A stretch of DNA of 64,000 nt from Candidatus Latescibacterota bacterium (GTDB lineage: Bacteria > Latescibacterota > UBA2968 > UBA8231): the NCBI GenBank assembly GCA_965197905.1, contig CBDAOB010000005.1, positions 2,336,001 to 2,400,000 of the forward strand, in the 5' to 3' direction. The notes under the pieces are model-generated. The model was not told the DNA's origin and did not search any database. It saw only the letters and a list, made by a program, of their open reading frames with translations. A program made the position numbers and the translations under genes. Positions 1 through 8,177 of the stretch are shown piece after piece. Within the stretch, counting starts at the first letter, position 1; the number at the start of each line of letters is the position of its first letter.

Positions 1-492
1 ATTTTGCGTCGCCCGCGCAATTAACAGGTGAAACCGAAGGTCATTATCCAGGAAGCGGTCGTCAGCATCGACAGAGTCTTCCATCGCCGTAAGGGCAGCC
101 CCAATCTCGTGCACGTCGGCAGGTGTTGCCCGCTGCGCCGCCAGTGACGCCGTTTCTGTTTCAAGCATAAGCCGGGTCTCGACCAGATCCTGAACCGTTT
201 TGCGATCGAGCAACAGGCCCCATTGCATGCTCTTTTCCAGGTACTTGGAGCTGTTGTCGCATACAAACGTTCCCTCTCCCACCCTTCCATCCAGGATTCC
301 CATGACGGACAGTGAACGCAGAGCTTCCCGAACAGAGGTCCTTCCGACCCCGAACATGGTACAGAGTTCGCGCTCGGAAGGCAGACGTTCCCCCGGCTTC
401 AGCACGTCCCGGGAGATGAGATCGATGATCTGATCGACGATCTTATCGCTGAGCGACGCCTTAGAAACGGGTCGAAGACCTTCTATGCTCAT
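1..492 (-). CDS. FadR/GntR-family transcriptional regulator (runs off the left edge; not in ORF track)
   Basis: Manual translation from ATG at 492: MSIEGLRPVSKASLSDKIVDQIIDLISRDVLKPGERLPSERELCTMFGVGRTSVREAL (GntR wHTH) then FCD motif DLRFHLLIARATQN; frame open to position 1. Confidence 0.93.
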   Translation of the reverse strand, partial: MSIEGLRPVSKASLSDKIVDQIIDLISRDVLKPGERLPSERELCTMFGVGRTSVREALRSLSVMGILDGRVGEGTFVCDNSSKYLEKSMQWGLLLDRKTVQDLVETRLMLETETASLAAQRATPADVHEIGAALTAMEDSVDADDRFLDNDLRFHLLIARATQN

Positions 493-585
493 GTGCGAGG
501 CAGAAACCGCGTTGAAGCAAACCAAGCACAAGCAACATGCGAAGAGCGCATGGCCCGCGCGCGGTTAAGCTTTTTAGATTTTTCC

Positions 586-614
586 TTTACAATGGGCTGA
601 ATCAGCCGTATTGT
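586..614 (+). promoter_or_regulatory. Putative sigma70 promoter for the methyltransferase operon
   Basis: TTTACA(586-591)-17 nt-TATTGT(609-614). Confidence 0.5.
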
Positions 615-625
615 ATTATAGGCTA

Positions 626-648
626 ATGGTCAGATCATCAGTCACCAA
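626..648. promoter_or_regulatory. Putative FadR-subfamily operator
   Basis: TGGTCAGATCATCAGTCACCA resembles TGGT-N-ACCA FadR-type sites; lies between the regulator and the operon. Confidence 0.55.
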
Positions 649-677
649 GTATAGAATAATCGGCGATCGGTTGTCAA
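648..677 (-). promoter_or_regulatory. Putative sigma70 promoter for the GntR gene
   Basis: Minus strand TTGACA(677-672)-18 nt-TATACT(653-648). Confidence 0.55.
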
Positions 678-699
678 GCGGAATGAACGGGAGACAGGC

Positions 700-1335
700 A
701 TGGCCAAGATGATCGACATCGGGCATAGGGTTGAACTGGTGCCCATGGACACCCATTTCCATGAGATCACGCTGGCCCTCTATCAGCAGATCGTGGACGG
801 GCAACCCCAGTACCTGGTGCATTCCTACAGTTCGATCGCAGATACGGCCCAGAGGCTCGAGGCGGTAACGGCATCGATGAGGGTGCTGGGCGGCATGGAG
901 ACGGCAACGGAGAAGCGGTTGCGATTCCCCTGCGGTAATGAACATCTGCTCGGGGTCCGGCGCCTGTTCCTGGAGTCGTGTAAGGTTCCACCTGACGCAG
1001 AACCGAAGCAACGTCCCCTCCAGATCTTCGACAAGAAATCGAACGTAGAGGTTACCGTATCGAAACTGGGCAACGGCCGTTATGGCGTAACCGCCGACAC
1101 CGCGGACGACCAGGAGGCCGTGGACAAGCGACTCAACGCGATCGCCGGCGGTCTCTTGAAGCTGGGCCAGTTGGCCGCCATCGACACTCTGGAGGTCGCC
1201 TTCGAATGCGGCCAGGACCACGATGCGCTGCTTGGGCTGCTGCTGGTCCGCGCGCCAAATGTGCGCGCCGCGGTTCGGGAGCAGGAGCAAGTCGCCGCTC
1301 GTGGCGTCTTGGCAGCCCCGAGCCAACAGGAATAA
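700..1335 (+). CDS. Hypothetical protein with internally duplicated FxCGxxH motif
   Basis: 211 aa ORF, GGGAG RBS, 10 nt gap to the next gene; FPCGNEH and FECGQDH repeats. Confidence 0.85.
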   Translation: MAKMIDIGHRVELVPMDTHFHEITLALYQQIVDGQPQYLVHSYSSIADTAQRLEAVTASMRVLGGMETATEKRLRFPCGNEHLLGVRRLFLESCKVPPDAEPKQRPLQIFDKKSNVEVTVSKLGNGRYGVTADTADDQEAVDKRLNAIAGGLLKLGQLAAIDTLEVAFECGQDHDALLGLLLVRAPNVRAAVREQEQVAARGVLAAPSQQE

Positions 1336-1345
1336 GGAGTTACCA

Positions 1346-2395
1346 ATGACGAGCGAAGCAAAGACTCCAATGAGCAGTCGGGAGCGCGTGTTGGCCGCCC
1401 TGAAACGCGAGCCCGTCGACCGCACACCCTGCTGCAACCCCACCTCCGTGGCAACGGTAGAATTGATGGATCTGGTCGATGCCCCTTTTCCACGGGCCAA
1501 TCGCGAACCCGAGCTAATGGCCCGCCTGGCCGCGACCGGTTACACGGAGCTCGGATTTGACAGCATCATGCCGGTATTCTCGATCATCCAGGAGTCGTCA
1601 GCGCTGGGTTGCAAGATCCAGTGGGAGCAGAAGGACAACTGGCCGACCGTGAAGATGCGCGAGCCGATCTGGGAAGAGCCGGACGACATCGAGATACCGA
1701 ACGACTTCCTGACCCACCAGGACACCTCCTGTGTTCTCGAAGCGATCAAGATATTGAGGAAGGAATACGGCGACGAGGTTGCCATCATCGGAAAAACCAT
1801 GGGGCCGTGGTCGCTGGGATATCACTGTTTCGGGGTCGAGCCGTTCCTGCTCATGTCTCTGGACGATCCGGATCGCACCAAACTCTGCCTTGACCGCATG
1901 AAAAAAGCGACCATCGACTTTGGCAGAGCCCAGATCGAGGCCGGAGCCGACGCGCTCTGCCTCCCCGATCACGCGACAGGAGATCTGGTGAGTGGCGAGT
2001 ATTACGATCGATACTTGCGCGAATTACACATCGAATTCTCTCAGGAGATTCCGATTCCGCTGATTCTGCACATATGCGGTCGGACCGTGGACCGGATGGA
2101 CTACATCGCCCAGACCGGCATGGCCGCGTTTCACTACGATTCAAAGAACCAACCTGGAGAGTCGATGGATGTGGTGAAGGACAGGATCTCGCTGGTGGGC
2201 AACATCAATAATCCGGAGACCCTTTTTTCCAAAGGACCTGAAGAGGTAACCGCCGAGGTTGTAAAGAATTTAGACGCCGGCGTACAGCTGGTCGGACCCG
2301 AGTGCGCCATTCCACTGCAAACCGCGATCGAGAACCTGAAAGCAATACCCGGTGCGGTGAAAGATTGGCATCGAGACCATCCGGCAAATAATTGA
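1346..2395 (+). CDS. MtaA/CmuA-family (URO-D fold) corrinoid-dependent methyltransferase
   Basis: MSSRERVLAAL..PVDR N-terminus; Zn motif LHICG...PECAI; LVGNIN; start re-called to ATG 1346 after AAGGAG RBS. Confidence 0.88.
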   Translation: MTSEAKTPMSSRERVLAALKREPVDRTPCCNPTSVATVELMDLVDAPFPRANREPELMARLAATGYTELGFDSIMPVFSIIQESSALGCKIQWEQKDNWPTVKMREPIWEEPDDIEIPNDFLTHQDTSCVLEAIKILRKEYGDEVAIIGKTMGPWSLGYHCFGVEPFLLMSLDDPDRTKLCLDRMKKATIDFGRAQIEAGADALCLPDHATGDLVSGEYYDRYLRELHIEFSQEIPIPLILHICGRTVDRMDYIAQTGMAAFHYDSKNQPGESMDVVKDRISLVGNINNPETLFSKGPEEVTAEVVKNLDAGVQLVGPECAIPLQTAIENLKAIPGAVKDWHRDHPANN

Positions 2396-2452
2396 CATGT
2401 CAGGGACGCCGCGCGTTGACGCTCGTCCTGCACGAAAGAAGGTTGAGGACCA

Positions 2453-3220
2453 ATGGCAGAGCTGAAGGATATCGAGAATCAGTTCATCCGCGATGAGATA
2501 GAAGAGTTCTTAGAGCGCCCCGACGAGATCGAACGGGTGACCAATCTGTTTGCCGAATCCCGGGCCGAGATGCAGGAAATCTCTGCCGCCCTGATCGAAG
2601 GTGAAAACGTCGTTGTCGACGAACTCACTCGCGCCGCCCTCGACAACGGTATCGAAGCATTGGAGGTCATGGATTACGGCCTTATAGCGGGCATGGGCAT
2701 TGTCGGTATAAAGTTCAGGGAAAACTTCATCTTTGTGCCCGAGGTGCTGGCCTGCGCCCGCGCGATGAAGGCGGGCATGGCGCACATCGAGCCGATCCTG
2801 TCCGCCTCCGGCGTTGAACCGGAAGGCACCGTGGTCATGGGAACGGTCAAAGGAGACCTTCACGACATCGGTAAGAATCTTTGCATCATGATGCTCCGCG
2901 GCTCCGGCTTCGTCGTGCACGACCTTGGGGTGGACACCTCCGACGACGAGTTTCTCGAAGCGGTGGAAGAGCACGGCGCCCCGCTTATGGGTATGTCAGC
3001 CCTGCTCACCACCACCATGCCGAACATGGGCAAAACGATCGAAGCCTTCATCGACGAGGACGTTCGCGACGACGTCAAGATCATGGTCGGGGGCGCGCCG
3101 GTCACGCAGGAGTTTGCCGATGATATGGGCGCCGACGGATATGGTAAGGACGCCGTTGCGTGTGTGGAGCTGGCCAAGAAACTCATCGGCGAACACAAGT
3201 CGGAGCACGCCAGTATCTGA
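2453..3220 (+). CDS. Corrinoid (B12-binding) protein, MtaC/MtbC-like
   Basis: B12 cap (FVPEVL..ARAMKAG), DxHxxG motif GDLHDIGKN, MSALLTTTM, VGGAPVT. Confidence 0.95.
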   Translation: MAELKDIENQFIRDEIEEFLERPDEIERVTNLFAESRAEMQEISAALIEGENVVVDELTRAALDNGIEALEVMDYGLIAGMGIVGIKFRENFIFVPEVLACARAMKAGMAHIEPILSASGVEPEGTVVMGTVKGDLHDIGKNLCIMMLRGSGFVVHDLGVDTSDDEFLEAVEEHGAPLMGMSALLTTTMPNMGKTIEAFIDEDVRDDVKIMVGGAPVTQEFADDMGADGYGKDAVACVELAKKLIGEHKSEHASI

Positions 3221-3317
3221 TCGGCGCGGAGGGCGAGCATCGAAACCCCCGATATGCTTCTCACCGCTGTATCCATATATCCCCAACACCCCTTGCGATA
3301 GCTGCGACCGACTCGAT

Positions 3318-5219
3318 ATGACCAAGGTTGACAAGGAAGCTTACAAGAACAGCCTCGACAAGCTGACCGAGGTATTGACCGGGGTCGCGCGGCACGCCGA
3401 CGAGCAATCTACCTACCGCTGTCCCTACAAGAATCGCCACGACGAATGCACGGCGAAAATCGGATGTCGCAATCAGCGCAAACCCAAGACTGAAGGGGGA
3501 CTGCTGATGTGCGGCGGAGACGACAAGCTGGACTACAGGACTGCCTGGGAATCGGATCCAGATTCGCATCCCATGGCCAGAGAGCCTGGGGCCGGCCACG
3601 TTGTCCACGACGGTGTCAGTCAGGAAATGGCGGTAGGCAAGACCCTGTTCGACTACGCCGACGACCTGGCGATGCAGGTTCCCACCTCTTGCGGCAGGAC
3701 CGGTCACTGTCACGAATGCGTGGTGGAAGTGAAACAGGGCCACGAAGCATTGGGTGCGAAGACGGAAGAGGAATCGTTCCTGCGTGGAGACTACCGCCTG
3801 GCCTGCCAAGCGGTGGTGGAGAATGTGGATCAGGACGTGGAATTTGCTCCCCTGCGACGAACGCCCAAGATCCTGACCGCGACGCAGGAGAAGACCCTTG
3901 AGTTAGATCCTGTTTACAAGCGCAAGGGTCACGCGGTCTTTCGAGGAGACGAGGAGGTCGACCGGTTTCGCGGCCATCTCTACGGCCTCGCCATCGACCT
4001 GGGAACGACCACCGTCGTCCTCGAGCTGATTGACCTGGAGACGGGCGACAGCGTGCAGATGCGCTCCTTCGAGAACCCCCAGCGATTCGGGGGCAGCGAT
4101 ATCATGAACCGCATCTCGTATGACGGCGAGTTTCCCGGCGAATTGCGCCGAGCGGTGGTGAAAGCGCTCAATCACGAAATCAACGAGCTCTGCTCCGAGC
4201 TTGGCTTTGTTCGGCAGGAGATCTACGAAGTCGTGGTCGCCGGAAACTCGACGATGCGCGACCTCATCTTCAAGCTCGACGTCCAAGGCATCGGGCAAAA
4301 GCCGTACAAGTCGGTGATTGAGAACGAATTCACTGATGGCCTCAGGACAACCACGGCTCTGGTGGAGAAAACTCGCCGCCTCGGTCTGCGCGCAAACCCG
4401 AAGGCGACGATATACAGCTTGCCGCTGATAGCCAGTCACGTTGGCGCCGACGTCGCAGCCGATCTGATCGCCGTGGAGATGGGCAAGACCCAGAAAACGG
4501 TGATGCTGGTGGACGTGGGCACCAACACCGAAGTCGTAGTGGCGCACCAGGGTCGCCTGATGGCCGCGTCCTGCCCCGCGGGTCCCGCCTTCGAAGGGGG
4601 AGAAATCCAGTACGGCATGCCGGGTCACGAGGGGGCCATCGAATCGATCCGACTGGTGAACGGCAGCTACGACTACAGCACCATCGGCCATCTGCCCGCG
4701 GAAGGAATCTGTGGCTCCGGACTCATCGACTTGCTGGCCGAGCTTCGCAGGCACGACCGCATGACCCCGAAGGGAGTTTTCGCCGATCGCCAGTACGAGC
4801 TGTCGATCGTTCCCGAGCGCGGCATCACCTTTTCCCGCCAGGACGCCAGCAATCTCGCCCAGGCCAAAGCCGCCAACTACTGTGGACAGTACATCGTACT
4901 GCGCGCCATGGGAATCGGTCCCGCAGATCTGGACAAACTCTACCTCGCCGGCGGATTCGCCAACTATGTCGACGTCGAGAACGCCGTCGACATTGGTTTT
5001 CTGGCTCCGGCGAACCTGGACAAGATCGTCAAGGTGGGCAACGCATCGGTTCAGGGCGCGCGCGAGGCCTTGCTTTCGCGCCGGAAACGCTCCGAGATTG
5101 AATCGTTGGTGAAGGATATTCAACACGTGGAATTGGAAACCACAACCGACTTCTTCGACGTTTTTGTGGAGGGCTGTCAGTTCAAACCGATGCCGACGGA
5201 TCTTAGCTCTCAGACCTGA
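3318..5219 (+). CDS. ASKHA/DUF4445 reductive activator of corrinoid proteins (RACo-like) with 2Fe-2S domain
   Basis: CGRTGHCHEC...RLACQ ferredoxin; IDLGTTTV, NPQRFGGSDIMNRI, DVGTNTEV, AGPAFEG, GICGSG; start re-called to ATG 3318. Confidence 0.93.
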   Translation: MTKVDKEAYKNSLDKLTEVLTGVARHADEQSTYRCPYKNRHDECTAKIGCRNQRKPKTEGGLLMCGGDDKLDYRTAWESDPDSHPMAREPGAGHVVHDGVSQEMAVGKTLFDYADDLAMQVPTSCGRTGHCHECVVEVKQGHEALGAKTEEESFLRGDYRLACQAVVENVDQDVEFAPLRRTPKILTATQEKTLELDPVYKRKGHAVFRGDEEVDRFRGHLYGLAIDLGTTTVVLELIDLETGDSVQMRSFENPQRFGGSDIMNRISYDGEFPGELRRAVVKALNHEINELCSELGFVRQEIYEVVVAGNSTMRDLIFKLDVQGIGQKPYKSVIENEFTDGLRTTTALVEKTRRLGLRANPKATIYSLPLIASHVGADVAADLIAVEMGKTQKTVMLVDVGTNTEVVVAHQGRLMAASCPAGPAFEGGEIQYGMPGHEGAIESIRLVNGSYDYSTIGHLPAEGICGSGLIDLLAELRRHDRMTPKGVFADRQYELSIVPERGITFSRQDASNLAQAKAANYCGQYIVLRAMGIGPADLDKLYLAGGFANYVDVENAVDIGFLAPANLDKIVKVGNASVQGAREALLSRRKRSEIESLVKDIQHVELETTTDFFDVFVEGCQFKPMPTDLSSQT

Positions 5220-5234
5220 TTCGTACCCGACCCG

Positions 5235-6830
5235 ATGCCTTCGCCCGAAAACAAGCAAACCCGAGTCAGCCTGCGTCATCTGCTGCAAGAAACAGATACC
5301 TTCGCAACCTGCGTGGAACTGGTTACCACCCGCGGAACCATCGCCGAGCGCAGCGGACAGAAGATCCTGGAATTGGCCCGCGCTTTAGCCGACAATCCGG
5401 AGATTCACGGACTCAGCATTACCGACAACCCGGGTGGCAACGCGATGATCGGGACCGATGTCCTGGGCCACGATCTCGCATCCCGTGGCCAGGAGGTGGT
5501 CATCCATCTTTCCTGCAAGGACTTCAACCGCAACGGACTGCTAAGCCGGGCCTGGCAGTTGGCCAGCGAGGGATTCAACAACATCCTCGCCCTTTCCGGG
5601 GATTACCCGATCGCCGGCTACGAGGGCGCGGCCAGTCCCGTTTTCGACATCGATTCGGTCGCGTTGCTCGAGATCCTCAGCTCCATGAATCGGGGTTTGG
5701 AGACCGTGGGCCGTACAGGTAAGACGAGCCGGCTGAAGAAGACGGAGTTCCTTCTCGGCGCCGTAGTGAACAATCACAAGGTGCTCGAGTCGGAGGTGAT
5801 GCCACAGTATTTCAAACTGGCCAGGAAAATCGCCTGTGGAGCCGAATTTATTATCAACCAGATCGGCTACGACGCACGCAAGCAGGATGAACTGCTCAAG
5901 TACATGGTCAGAGAAGGGCTTTCGGTACCGGTCATCGGCAATGTCTACGTGCTGAACGGAGCCGCTGCCCGCGTGTTCAATGCCAACCGCATTCCGGGTG
6001 TCGTCGTCAGCGACGAGCTGCTTTCCGTAGCGGATAGACAGGCCAGCGCGGAAGACAAAGGCAAAGGGTTTTTCATCGAGCTGGCGGCGAAACAATGTGC
6101 GATCCACCGCGGCCTGGGATATCGCGGCGTCTACATAGGCGGCAACCTCGAGTACGAGGACTATGAGGGCATTCTAGAATTGGAAAAGGGATTTGGCGCC
6201 GACGACTGGAAGCAGTTTGCGACGGAGATACAGTTCAGCAGACCTGGTGAATTCTATTTCTTCGAGGCGGACCACGAGTCCGGTCTTAGCTCGACGGAGC
6301 TGAACCGGGAATATGCAGCCTCCAAGACCGCTCGCGGGCAGCGTCAGGACCGTGCCAACTTGGGTCTGGGGTATAAGATCAACCGTGCCGTCCATCACCT
6401 GTTGTTCGAAAAGGACAGTATCGGTTTCTCGCTGGCCAGCAAGCTCTACGGAAGATTGGACGACTCGAAGTTCAAGGGCGCCGCACATTCGTTGGAACAC
6501 GCAGCGAAGATCGCAGCCTTCGATTGTCGCGATTGTGGCGATTGCTCTCTTCCCGACATCGCCTATCTCTGCCCCGAATCGCAGTGCGTAAAGAATCAGC
6601 GCAACGGTCCCTGCGGAGGAACCAGAGGCGGTCAGTGCGAGATTGGAGAAAAAGAATGTATCTGGTCCAGAGCCTATAAGCGCCTCAAGGCATATGGCGA
6701 GGAGGAAGAGATGCTGAACCGGCCGGTTGTGTTCAAGGACGGTGCGCTCAAAGGAACGAGCGCGTGGGCGAATACCTTTCTGCAGCGGGACCACCATGCA
6801 AAAAAAGGAAGAAACGGGAGCAACACATGA
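5235..6830 (+). CDS. metF: Methylenetetrahydrofolate reductase with fused C-terminal MetV-like Fe-S domain
   Basis: SITDNPGG, HLSCKDFNR, ALSGDYP, FIINQIGYD; C-terminal 8-Cys CRDCGDC...CPESQC.K..RNGPCGG...C....EC domain. Confidence 0.88.
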   Translation: MPSPENKQTRVSLRHLLQETDTFATCVELVTTRGTIAERSGQKILELARALADNPEIHGLSITDNPGGNAMIGTDVLGHDLASRGQEVVIHLSCKDFNRNGLLSRAWQLASEGFNNILALSGDYPIAGYEGAASPVFDIDSVALLEILSSMNRGLETVGRTGKTSRLKKTEFLLGAVVNNHKVLESEVMPQYFKLARKIACGAEFIINQIGYDARKQDELLKYMVREGLSVPVIGNVYVLNGAAARVFNANRIPGVVVSDELLSVADRQASAEDKGKGFFIELAAKQCAIHRGLGYRGVYIGGNLEYEDYEGILELEKGFGADDWKQFATEIQFSRPGEFYFFEADHESGLSSTELNREYAASKTARGQRQDRANLGLGYKINRAVHHLLFEKDSIGFSLASKLYGRLDDSKFKGAAHSLEHAAKIAAFDCRDCGDCSLPDIAYLCPESQCVKNQRNGPCGGTRGGQCEIGEKECIWSRAYKRLKAYGEEEEMLNRPVVFKDGALKGTSAWANTFLQRDHHAKKGRNGSNT

Positions 6831-7915
6831 AGATTGATAGCAAGGGAATGGACTTCGTCATCGTCGGCGAGAACATTCACACCACTCGCGTCGTGCTCCG
6901 CAAAGGCAAGCTCGTAGTAGACGATCCCTCCGGCACGGAATCGGTGCGTTTTTACGACACGGGGAAGAAACGTCGCTATCTCCCCATACCCGAGAAGACC
7001 AAAACTACACAGGACTATGAAGAGGGCCGGATCAAGCATGTGAAAATTGCCGTGGAAGCGGCGATGGCCGGCGAGGAAGTGGGTCTCCTCTACTTGGGTC
7101 GCATGGTGCAACGGCAAGTCGAAGCGAAGGCCGATTTCCTCGACTTGAACGTCGACGAGATCGCGCTCAAGCTGGACCATCAAAAGGAAGCAATGCAGTG
7201 GTTGAGCAACGCCGTCATGGAGATGACGGACACCGCTCTTTCCATAGATTCCTCCAACGCGGAGATTATCGAGGTCGGGCTCGAAGCATGCGCGAAGAGT
7301 GGGCGCAAGAACATGCTCAACTCCGCCTCACTGGAACGCAGAGACGCGCTCGACCTGGCCAAAAGGTATGAGTGTGCCGTCGTCGTCACCGCCGCCGGCG
7401 CTTCGGGCATGCCTCAGAACGCGGAGGAGCGTATCGATCACGCCACCCAAATGGTAGACGCGGCGCTGGAAAAGGGGATACCGGCCGCGGACATCTTCGT
7501 CGATCCTCTGGTCTTTCCTATCTCGGTGAACATGGAGTTCGGACATCATTGTCTCGATGCAATTCGCTCACTGCGCCAGAGATACGGTTCCGAGATCCAC
7601 ATAACCGGAGGATTCAGCAATGTCTCCTTCGGCATCCCCTGCCGGCGACTCGTCAACGATGTTTTTTTGAATTTGGTTGAAGAGGCAGGGGCCGACAGCG
7701 GCATCATCGATCCAGTCGCAAGCGACCTGAACGAAGTGTTCACCATGGAAAAGGAGGACAGTTCCTACAAGCTGGCCGAGGATATGCTGTTGGGAAGGGA
7801 CGAGCATTGCAAGAACTTTTTGACAGCGTATCGAAAGGGCGAGCTCGCCGTTTTAGTCGGGGGCAGACCCCGCGAGCGGATCGATTTGCGACCTGGCGCA
7901 AAGGAGTACCGTTGA
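6827..7915 (+). CDS. Pterin-binding methyl-THF:corrinoid methyltransferase (AcsE/MetH-pterin-like)
   Basis: IVGENI, FLDLNV, LSIDSS, NMLNS, FVDPLV, GGFSNVSFG motifs; ATGA overlap with the metF stop. Confidence 0.9.
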   Translation: MKIDSKGMDFVIVGENIHTTRVVLRKGKLVVDDPSGTESVRFYDTGKKRRYLPIPEKTKTTQDYEEGRIKHVKIAVEAAMAGEEVGLLYLGRMVQRQVEAKADFLDLNVDEIALKLDHQKEAMQWLSNAVMEMTDTALSIDSSNAEIIEVGLEACAKSGRKNMLNSASLERRDALDLAKRYECAVVVTAAGASGMPQNAEERIDHATQMVDAALEKGIPAADIFVDPLVFPISVNMEFGHHCLDAIRSLRQRYGSEIHITGGFSNVSFGIPCRRLVNDVFLNLVEEAGADSGIIDPVASDLNEVFTMEKEDSSYKLAEDMLLGRDEHCKNFLTAYRKGELAVLVGGRPRERIDLRPGAKEYR

Positions 7916-7916
7916 C

Positions 7917-8177
7917 ATGGCTGAATACCAGATCCTGTACTGGCGCGACATTCCTGCGCAACTGAAGGCGTTCGAGGGCAAGAAGCCGATCTCGCGCCCG
8001 TTGTCCGACCGCTTTCAGGTGGAGATCGACCGTGTTGCCATGGAGGATGGCCTCTTCGGCACCGACGAATACCTCGACCAGTGGCAATGGTCGGAGAAAC
8101 AGGAGCGCGAGGGAAGCGCCGAAGAGGTACTGGATGCCCTCTCGGCCGAGTTGGAAGCGAAGTACGACCAGTTCTGA
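7917..8177 (+). CDS. Small Virulence_fact-like protein (function unknown)
   Basis: [12 protein letters not shown]...FQ..IDRVAM..G....DEYL.QW signature. Confidence 0.8.
   Translation: MAEYQILYWRDIPAQLKAFEGKKPISRPLSDRFQVEIDRVAMEDGLFGTDEYLDQWQWSEKQEREGSAEEVLDALSAELEAKYDQF

Noticed and set aside
21..433. ORF-track ORFs 21..290(-) and 200..433(+)
   Set aside because: Off-frame or antisense to the clear GntR gene at 1..492
493..699. Possible cobalamin or SAM riboswitch ahead of the B12 operon
   Set aside because: No B12-box or SAM consensus visible; the region is explained by promoters and an operator
1346..2395. Annotation as hemE (uroporphyrinogen decarboxylase)
   Set aside because: Lacks the RQAGR motif, has the HxC...C Zn motif and sits next to a corrinoid protein
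2925..3317. Long N-terminal extension of the 764-aa ORF
   Set aside because: Overlaps the corrinoid gene out of frame with non-protein-like composition; ATG 3318 preferred
3903..5288. 461-aa antisense ORF
   Set aside because: Shadow ORF of the RACo gene, typical of GC-rich codon usage
6827..7915. Annotation as folP (dihydropteroate synthase)
   Set aside because: GENI and SNVSFG motifs and gene context match pterin-binding methyltransferases
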